This document shows, in pieces, positions 56,909-64,000 of a stretch of DNA of 64,000 nt. Within the stretch, counting starts at the first letter, position 1, and each line of letters begins with the position of its first letter. The DNA comes from Alphaproteobacteria bacterium. Its GTDB lineage: Bacteria; Pseudomonadota; Alphaproteobacteria; SP197. The stretch lies in NCBI GenBank assembly GCA_964291415.2, contig OZ219917.1, positions 1,024,001 to 1,088,000 on the forward strand, read 5' to 3'. The notes beneath the pieces are model-generated. The model saw nothing but the letters and a program-made list of their open reading frames with translations, searched no databases and was not told where the DNA came from. The position numbers and the translations under genes were made by a program.

Positions 56909-59215
56909 TCAAGCATTTCCGTTCGTGTTGTTGCCGCGGTCAACCATCCGCAACAGTGCGGGCAGGAGCGTCAGGTCGGCAAGGAGTGCAAAGGCGATGA
57001 TCAACGCCGTCAGGATCCCCACCTGTGCGGTGGGAATGAAGGGAGAGAAGGCGAAGATCAAGAAGCCGGCCACCAGGACGAGAGTCGTCGTGAAGACGGC
57101 GCGGCCGGCAGTGTCGAAGGCGTAGCGCACGGACTCCCCGCTGTCCTTGCCATGGTCGAGGCGCGCTTTGCGGTACTTGCTGAGAAAGTGCACCGTATCG
57201 TCGACAACGATACCGACCGTCATGGCCACGACGACCGACAGGGAGAGTCCCACCTGCCCCACCGTCAATCCCCAGACGCCGAAACCCAGCACGGCCGGGA
57301 GCAGGTTGGGAATGATGCTGATCAGGCCCAGTCGCAAGGATCTGAGGGCGAAGAGGAGTATGGCGGAAATCGCGAGCAGCACGACCATGGTTCCGACCAG
57401 CATGGCCCGGATATTGCGTTGACCGATCCAGGCGAACAGCACCGCCGGTCCGGTGCTGTTGACGCCGGCCACGTTGGGTGCGTTGTCGCTCAGCCAGGCC
57501 CTGGCCCGTGCGTTCAGTTCAAGCAGTTCCTGAGAGCCGAGAGACTGGGCCTGGACCGATACGCGTGTTGCCGACTTTGACCAGTCGATCTGGTTGTTCA
57601 CGTCCAGGCCCTGAGGCAGGGAGAGCTCGTAGAGCAGCAGGTACTGTGCGGCCAGCTCCCGGCTTTCGGGGAGGCGGTAGGCATCAGGGTCGTCACCATG
57701 CATGGTCTGGTTGAGACGCCGGAAGGTATCGGTGATGACGGCGACGTGGCGCACTCGCGGCTGGTCGCGGTACCAGTCGGCGAACGCGGCGACATCGGTG
57801 AGGAACGCCGGGTCCGTGACGCCGCCTTCGGCGGGAGCTTCCAGCGAATACTCGAGCAGGGTGTTGCCGCTCAGCCGCTCGTCCATGAAGTCCGTGTCCT
57901 GGCGGAACTCGACACTCTCGTCGAAGAAGTGGACCAGGACATCGTTGAGCTCGTTTCGCGGGATCGCGAGGATCATCGCAATGACGAGCACCAGCCATCC
58001 AAGGATGATCAGCTTTCCGTGCTTGATCACAACGTCGGCCAGGTGGTGCATTGTCGGCGCCTGCGGCCGCCTGTTCCTTGGCGCGCGAACGGGGAGCAGC
58101 GACAGCATGGCCGGAAGAAAGGTCACGGACAGGATGAAGGACGTGACGATTCCGATGGCGACAAAGCAGCCGAGTTCACGATAGGGGGGCACCTCGGAAA
58201 AGTTCATGCCCAGGAATCCAAGGGCGGTCGTGAGGCTCGCAAGGAAGATCGGGTGCAGGTTGAGCCTGATGGCTTCGACGATGGCATCGTGTTTCGAATC
58301 GCCCGCGCGCAGACGTTGCTGCAGGGCAACCAGCAGGTGAACGCAGTTGGCCACGACAATCATGAGGATGATGGTTGGCGCCGGGGCGATGGGCGGAGAA
58401 AACTCCAGGCCGATCCAGGCCCCCAGGCCCATGGAGGCCAGTATGGAAAAGATGATGACAAGGCCGGTGGTCACCACGCCCGGCCAGCCCCGGACGAGAA
58501 TGCCGAGAATCAAGGCCATGAGAAGGAGGCTGGCCGGCAGGAAGATCATCTGGCTTTCAACCGAAGCCTCGAGAAAGGTCTGGTTGACCATCACCGTACC
58601 GACGATGCGAAGATCAACGCCGGGGAAACGCGTCTCTGCCTCGGCGGCTATCGTTCGGGCGAATTGCGCCACTTCGGCCACGGCTTCCAGCTGGTCGCCT
58701 TCAGGCATTTCCAGAGTGACATTGACAACGCTGACATCGCCATTGCGGGCCAGCATGCTGCCGGCGATGCGGGGGTCGAGGAGGGCAATGTCACGGATGC
58801 GTGACCGTGCTTCAACCCGCGTCAGTTCCTGCGGATCGACCAGGTCCTGAACCACCAGGTCATCGCCGTCGGCCGTCGTGTACTGGAAGTTGGCCAGGGA
58901 GTCGACGCGCCGTGACCAGGGTGTCTGCCAGGCAGCCTCGGTCAGCCAGACGGCGGCAGAGAGCGCCTCGGTGGAGGTCGCATCGCCGTCGTCGGGAACA
59001 ATCAGGAAGACGACATTCTCGTTCTTTCCATAGGTGTCTTCCAGGTCTTCCAGCGCCAGAAGCTGCGGATTGTCGTCATCAAAGAAAATGCGGTAGTCGG
59101 CGGAGAATTCCAGCAGGAGCATGCCGACGGAGGCAAGAGCGACCAGGATGGGCGCAACGAGGATGACCAGCCAGCGGTTGGCGAGCACCCGTTCCGCATA
59201 ACGTTCAGCCGTCAT
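56909..59215 (-). CDS. MMPL/RND-family exporter
   Basis: Two repeats of TM + periplasmic loop + 5 TM. LTTALGF, GIVVDDTVHF and LLPALL. Confidence 0.9.
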   Translation of the reverse strand: MTAERYAERVLANRWLVILVAPILVALASVGMLLLEFSADYRIFFDDDNPQLLALEDLEDTYGKNENVVFLIVPDDGDATSTEALSAAVWLTEAAWQTPWSRRVDSLANFQYTTADGDDLVVQDLVDPQELTRVEARSRIRDIALLDPRIAGSMLARNGDVSVVNVTLEMPEGDQLEAVAEVAQFARTIAAEAETRFPGVDLRIVGTVMVNQTFLEASVESQMIFLPASLLLMALILGILVRGWPGVVTTGLVIIFSILASMGLGAWIGLEFSPPIAPAPTIILMIVVANCVHLLVALQQRLRAGDSKHDAIVEAIRLNLHPIFLASLTTALGFLGMNFSEVPPYRELGCFVAIGIVTSFILSVTFLPAMLSLLPVRAPRNRRPQAPTMHHLADVVIKHGKLIILGWLVLVIAMILAIPRNELNDVLVHFFDESVEFRQDTDFMDERLSGNTLLEYSLEAPAEGGVTDPAFLTDVAAFADWYRDQPRVRHVAVITDTFRRLNQTMHGDDPDAYRLPESRELAAQYLLLYELSLPQGLDVNNQIDWSKSATRVSVQAQSLGSQELLELNARARAWLSDNAPNVAGVNSTGPAVLFAWIGQRNIRAMLVGTMVVLLAISAILLFALRSLRLGLISIIPNLLPAVLGFGVWGLTVGQVGLSLSVVVAMTVGIVVDDTVHFLSKYRKARLDHGKDSGESVRYAFDTAGRAVFTTTLVLVAGFLIFAFSPFIPTAQVGILTALIIAFALLADLTLLPALLRMVDRGNNTNGNA

Positions 59216-59385
59216 GTGCCATCTCTCCACGGCTGTCCCTCACCACCGTGTCGGACACGACCACACTCGACGCTCGCGGACGGATCGTCGAAAGCAGGGA
59301 ATCATGGGGAAGGGCGCTCATTGCGGCAGGTCGCAAAACAAGGTTGGGCCGGCCCGAATGCCATGTCAACGGTCCGCTTCACGGG

Positions 59386-62306
59386 TCAGGCGATCTGGCG
59401 TCTGACCAGATTCCGGAAGACGCCATCGATGTCCATGAGTTCGCTGAAGGAGCCGCTCTCCACAATCTTCCCGGCTTTCAGCACATGGATGCAGTCAGCC
59501 TTCTCCAGCGTCGACAACCGGTGCGCGATGACAAGTCTCGTTGTGGTCAGAAGGGCGAGGTTCTGCATGACCTCGGCCTGGCTGTCGTTGTCGAGCCAGT
59601 TGGTTGCCTCGTCGAGGAGCATGATTCGCCGGTCGCCGATGAGGGAGCGGGCAATGGTGACACGCTGGCTCTCTCCGCCGGAGAGAACCGAACCGCTGCC
59701 CCCGACCATCGTCATCATTCCCATGGGCATGGCCTTGATTCCGCTTTCTATTCCGGCCGCCCGGGCAGCCTCCCAGACCTCTGCAGGCCCCACTCCCTCG
59801 TGGTGCGCGACAATGTTGTCCCAGATGTCCTGGGGGTGCAGCCGCACCGCCTGGGGTACGGTGCCTATCTTGCGGCGCACCTGCTTGAGATTGAGGTGCT
59901 TGAGGTCCCGTCCGTCGTAGTAGACGGCCCCGGACGTCGGCTGGTCGATACCAAGCGCCAACTGGAAGAGCGTGCTCTTTCCGGCACCGGATTCACCGGC
60001 AATCGCGACGAATTCGCCGGGACGGACATGGATTGTGACATCATCGAGAACCAGGGGCCCTTCGGGTTCGTATCGGAATGACACATGGTCGAACAGGATC
60101 TCGCCGCCGAGACGCTCGACCAGCGCACCCTCTTCCCCGGCTTCGGGAACCGCGGCAAGCAAGGGGCGCATCTGCCTGAATGCCGGCACCAGGGCAGCCA
60201 CGGCGCCGACCGATTCACCAAGACGGGCCACAGCCGATTGAGACGCGATGAACACCATGAAGACGACGAGGAAATCGCCGACCGGAAGCGTCCGCGTTTC
60301 GAATGCCGCCACCGCAAACAGCAGCACCGCTCCGGCGAAGAACGGAAGAGCGGCGCCAAAGGCACGGACGTGCTCCTCGATACGGTGGACTTCGAGCTCC
60401 GCGCGCTTTTGCTGGCGATAGTCCCCGGCCCATATGGCGAAAGCCGATCCTTCCGCACTTTCCACACGCAGCTTGGCGATGCCGCCGATGATCTGGAACA
60501 GCCGTCCGGTCACGCGTCTGGCCGCGCTGATCATTCGTCCCTGGGGTACGAGCTGGCGCAGCCCCAGCACGACGGTCACGAGAAGCGAGAGGAGGCTGAA
60601 AGCGAGAACGACAAGACCCAGAGAGGTATCGTAGAAGAAGGTGATCCCGAGAACCGGAACGAGAAACAGGATTGACAGCAGGCTGTCGGACACGACTCCC
60701 TGCAAGCCGTCACGAACATTCTGGAATGTCATGCCCGACATCGCCAGGTCACCGGTTGGCTGGCGACGCAGGACAGCGGGCGGAAGGCGCATGAGGCGGT
60801 CCCAGAAGGCTGCTTCGACCCGCGATGCCGAACGTCCTTCCAGGCGCATCAGAATCGTGCTTTGCAACAGCTGAAGCAAAGCGCCCAGAAGACCGAATCC
60901 CGCCAGTGTCACAGCCACGACATAGAGGATGCCGACGGTTCCGCCGGCCGTGGCCTGGTGAGCCACAAAACCAAGCGCCAGCACCGGCAACAGCTTGATC
61001 AGGCCGCCGAAGAACCCGGTTGCCAAGAGCCGGGCAAGATCGGCGCCCGACCCCTTGAAGGCGATGTCCAGGAGATCGGCCGGCTTGACGGACCTTGACG
61101 GCAATGGCCGATAGAACATCCAGGCTTCAGCCTTCAGCCGCCGGCGCGCTCGCCTGCGATCCGGACGCTGCGTCCGCTCGCCGGGTCGACCTCACGATAG
61201 TGCCCGAACAATCCCGGCAGCAGGACGACAGGCCTGTCGTCGTCGGACCGGAATGCCAGAATTGCGCTGCTGTCTCCACGCCACCATGCATTGTCCGGGG
61301 AGATCCTGAGGCGGCGGGCACGGACGCCGGACGCATCGAGAATGTCCGTGAGAGCGGGCGCGGAACCGGAGGCGTGGCGTGGCGGGATCCTGAAATCGAT
61401 TCCCTGGTGGCGGCCGATGATCTTCAGTGCGTCCGCAAGTGCCGTGTCGCCGATGTCCTCGCCGATCGGCATGTCGTACATGTTGAACAGCTTCTGGCGC
61501 GCGTCGCGCTCGGCCGTGCGCCGGCTGGCGATCCGCGCGCGTTCCAGGTTTGCCTCATCGACCACCGCCAGTTGCCGGTTGAGCCGCTCAAGCGCGAGAG
61601 CGGCAGCATGAAACGTGGCCAGTGCCGGCAACAGGGTGCCCTGTTCGGCCAGTGACCGGCTCGATGTGCCGGACACGGTGACCCCTGCATGGAAGGTGAG
61701 CCAGCTTGTCCGGGTCAGCGGCACCAGGGTTTCGCCGCGACCGCCTTCCTCCGGTTCGATCATGTCCATGTAGAGACCGGCGCCGTGCGAGGGAATGGAT
61801 ACCCACACAACGCCCTGGCGTACGGAAAGAATGCAGGACTCCAGGGACCGGGTCACACCGGGTTCGGCGAGGGCAGTGGCGTATGGAATGCTGCCGACGA
61901 ATCGCGACAGGGTTTCGGTGATGGCCTGCAACCACGTGTCCGTCTGTTGCGCCAGTTCAGCCGGATCGACTTCGTGGAGCAGGGACACCGGCAGACGCAT
62001 CAGAAGGGTGTCCGGCAGTCCCTTCGCCAGCAGGCCAAGTGTCGTCTCCTTGCCGTCGCCTTCAGAATCCGGCGCGACACCGGGCAACAGTTCACCTGCC
62101 TCGCGGCGAAGCAGGTGTTGTGGTGACGCCTGCTCCACTCCGTCCCTGAATTCCACCAGGAAGAGATCGACGCTGCCCCTGGCAATGAACCACACGTGAT
62201 CGGGTTCATCGAGCGGCACCGGCAGGTTACCGGCGCAGGGACAGGGCTTGCCGGCGCGTTGCGCGAGTTCGGCAATCGATGTGTATGGAGGCGACTGATC
62301 GCGCAT
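59386..62306 (-). CDS. NHLP bacteriocin system ABC transporter ATP-binding/permease subunit with one frameshift at about 61140
   Basis: N-piece has a cyclic-nucleotide-like domain (VWFI..G.VDLF) and WWRGD...LAF...PV.LLP. C-piece has FYRPLP, GESGAGKST, LSGGE.QR and LDEAT. Adding one base at gccgg|cggctg restores RLKAEAWMFYRP. Confidence 0.85.
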
Positions 62307-64000
62307 CAGCCTGACCTGGTCAGTCGCGAGTAGACGCCATCGGCATTGGCGATCAGTTCGTCGTGGGTGCCCCGCTCCACTTCACGGCCCCCGTCGAGCA
62401 CGATGATCTCGTCGCAGTCACGCACCGCGCTCAACCGGTGCGCCACGATCAGGCACGTGACGCCACGCCGACGCAAGGCATCGTCGACATACTCTTCCGT
62501 TGCCGCGTCAAGGGCGCTGGTTGCCTCGTCGAGCACGAGCACGGTCGGATGACCCACCAGGGCACGGGCAATCTCCAACCGCTGGCGCTGGCCGCCGCTG
62601 AAGTTCATGCCGCCCTCCTCGACAAGGGTGGCGTACCCGAGAGGGCGTTTCAGAATGTCCTCATGGATGCAGGCGTCCCTTGTCGCATCGACGATGACCT
62701 CATCCGGAACGGCCGGGTTCCACAGGGTGATGTTGTCGCGCAAGGTTGCGGAAAAGAGCACGGTTTCCTGGTTCACCATGGAAATGGACCGCCGCAGCAC
62801 CTCCTCGGGAATCTCCTGGCGAGGGTGGCCGTCAAACAGGATCTCACCCGACCAGGGTTGATAGAGTCCCGCAACCAGATGCGCCAGGGTCGACTTGCCG
62901 GAACCGCTGGCTCCCACCAGAGCGACCCGCTGCCCGGGATTCAGGATGAGGTTGAAGTCAGAAATCAGGGGTGGCCGGCTCCTGTTGAAACCGAAGGTGA
63001 CGTTTCTCAGTTCGACCTTTCCTGCAAGCTGGAGGCGCCTGTTGAACGTCGTGATGGAAACCCGGTCCGGTTCCCGGCGGCTGAACACGGGATCCTCCGT
63101 GGCCCTGGCAACGTCTTCCAGCCTCTGCAAGTCGGTTTCGAGAGCCTGCCGCCTGTCGGCGAACTCCAGGAATCGCCCGACAGGCGCGAGAAACATCTCC
63201 GCCAGGATGTAGAAGGCGACCAGTGTCCCCAGGGTCATGGAGCCGGTCATGACCATGGTGCCGCCGATCAACAGGATTGTCGCGCTGCGCAGAGCGGCGA
63301 TCAGGTCCGGCAGGGCGCCATTGAGCGCACCCAGTTCGAAGTGGGCCTGGCGCGCACGAAGTTCGCGGGCCTGATGACCGCCCCAGCGTGCAAAGAACCG
63401 GTCGTCGGACCCGGTCATGCGCAGGTTGTCGGCATGGTTGAGCATCTGCATGCCGATGCCGAGCAGAAGTCCCTGTTCGCGCCGCATGGCCTGGCTGCGC
63501 ACGGCGCGCCGGATATTGAAGACGTGGGCGAGTCCCGCATGGATGAGAGCCAGCGACAGCACGACCAGTGCCAGCACGGGATCGTAGGCGAGCAACACCG
63601 CGAACAGCACGGCGCTCGTGGCCATGTCGATGATGAGCACCAGAAACTGCTCTGTCAGGGTTTTCGCCACCCGGTCGAAGGATGACACCCGGTCCGTCAG
63701 GTCGCCGGCAAGCCGGTGTTCGAAGAACTCGACGGGCAGGCGCAGCAGCTTCGTCAGTCCACGGCTGTAGCCGGTTACCGATATGCGGATGGCGAGCCGC
63801 TTGAGAAACCTGTGCTTGAGCAGGGTCAGCAGGTAGACGAGCACACCGCCGCCGATGAGCGCGGCCACAAGGCCAATCCAGGTTCCCTGGTTCAACAGGA
63901 CATGGTCGACGAAGGCGCCAAGGACTGCCGGCACAACCAGCGACAGCAGTGTCAGCATGAGCGCGCAGGCCGCCACTCCGGCAAGCGAACTCCACAGTCC
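62306..64000 (-). CDS. NHLP bacteriocin export ABC transporter (peptidase/permease/ATPase), 5' end outside the window
   Basis: LRLPV.FF..R..GD, GASGSGKST, F..TLRDNITLWN, NFSGGQRQRLEIARAL and LDEATSALD. The C39 domain is expected upstream but not visible. Confidence 0.88.
   Translation of the reverse strand, partial: GLWSSLAGVAACALMLTLLSLVVPAVLGAFVDHVLLNQGTWIGLVAALIGGGVLVYLLTLLKHRFLKRLAIRISVTGYSRGLTKLLRLPVEFFEHRLAGDLTDRVSSFDRVAKTLTEQFLVLIIDMATSAVLFAVLLAYDPVLALVVLSLALIHAGLAHVFNIRRAVRSQAMRREQGLLLGIGMQMLNHADNLRMTGSDDRFFARWGGHQARELRARQAHFELGALNGALPDLIAALRSATILLIGGTMVMTGSMTLGTLVAFYILAEMFLAPVGRFLEFADRRQALETDLQRLEDVARATEDPVFSRREPDRVSITTFNRRLQLAGKVELRNVTFGFNRSRPPLISDFNLILNPGQRVALVGASGSGKSTLAHLVAGLYQPWSGEILFDGHPRQEIPEEVLRRSISMVNQETVLFSATLRDNITLWNPAVPDEVIVDATRDACIHEDILKRPLGYATLVEEGGMNFSGGQRQRLEIARALVGHPTVLVLDEATSALDAATEEYVDDALRRRGVTCLIVAHRLSAVRDCDEIIVLDGGREVERGTHDELIANADGVYSRLTRSG

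Noticed and set aside
56571-56912. 113-aa version of the precursor
   Set aside because: The RBS and NHLP homology support the ATG at 56822 (83 aa).
61120-61140. TGA splitting the NHLP ABC gene as a second Sec codon
   Set aside because: The downstream piece is in a different frame, so this is a frameshift and not readthrough.
39380-64000. Genomic island integrated at selC
   Set aside because: I saw no integrase, transposase or duplicated tRNA 3' end in the window. An att site beyond 64000 cannot be excluded.
1-64000. CRISPR array, rRNA, IS elements, prophage, additional precursor peptides
   Set aside because: None seen by eye. Short unannotated peptides in 52865-53024 and 59216-59385 showed no leader motif.

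Overview
GC-rich alphaproteobacterial chromosome segment. The gene order rsmB-rpe-heparinase-like, cysE-iscR-iscS, anmK/tyrS and glnE is Rhodospirillales-like, and the host is probably a marine-sponge symbiont (inference). Left: TctBA, a truncated sulfite-oxidase gene, a GntR-controlled ureide/allantoin uptake and catabolism operon, and degraded uraD and ankyrin remnants. Middle: housekeeping genes, including an IscR-desulfurase fusion under a clear IscR box, a GlnE whose C-terminal catalytic motif is degenerate, a TRAP transporter, FitAB/VapBC and a type III GS/GmaS. At 39.3-47.7 kb there is a selenium/sulfur locus. It holds tRNA-Sec, an oxidoreductase-SelD fusion, a hidden 385-aa PrdB/GrdB-like selenoprotein (in-frame UGA, U-x-x-C, SECIS-like hairpin) that the ORF track splits in two, an amidohydrolase, tandemly duplicated DUF917 genes and a persulfide dioxygenase-rhodanese. 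From 49.1 kb to the window end lies a proteusin (NHLP) RiPP cluster with an LCCCW core, a YcaO cyclodehydratase, an MMPL exporter and NHLP ABC exporters. It also carries three unusual maturase candidates: an AlkB-type diiron enzyme fused to a catalytically degenerate GlnE domain, an NHLP-leader domain fused to a terpene-cyclase-like domain, and a possible prenyltransferase. Five isolated single-base indels in otherwise intact genes look like long-read errors. All family assignments are from motif recognition by eye; no searches were run.
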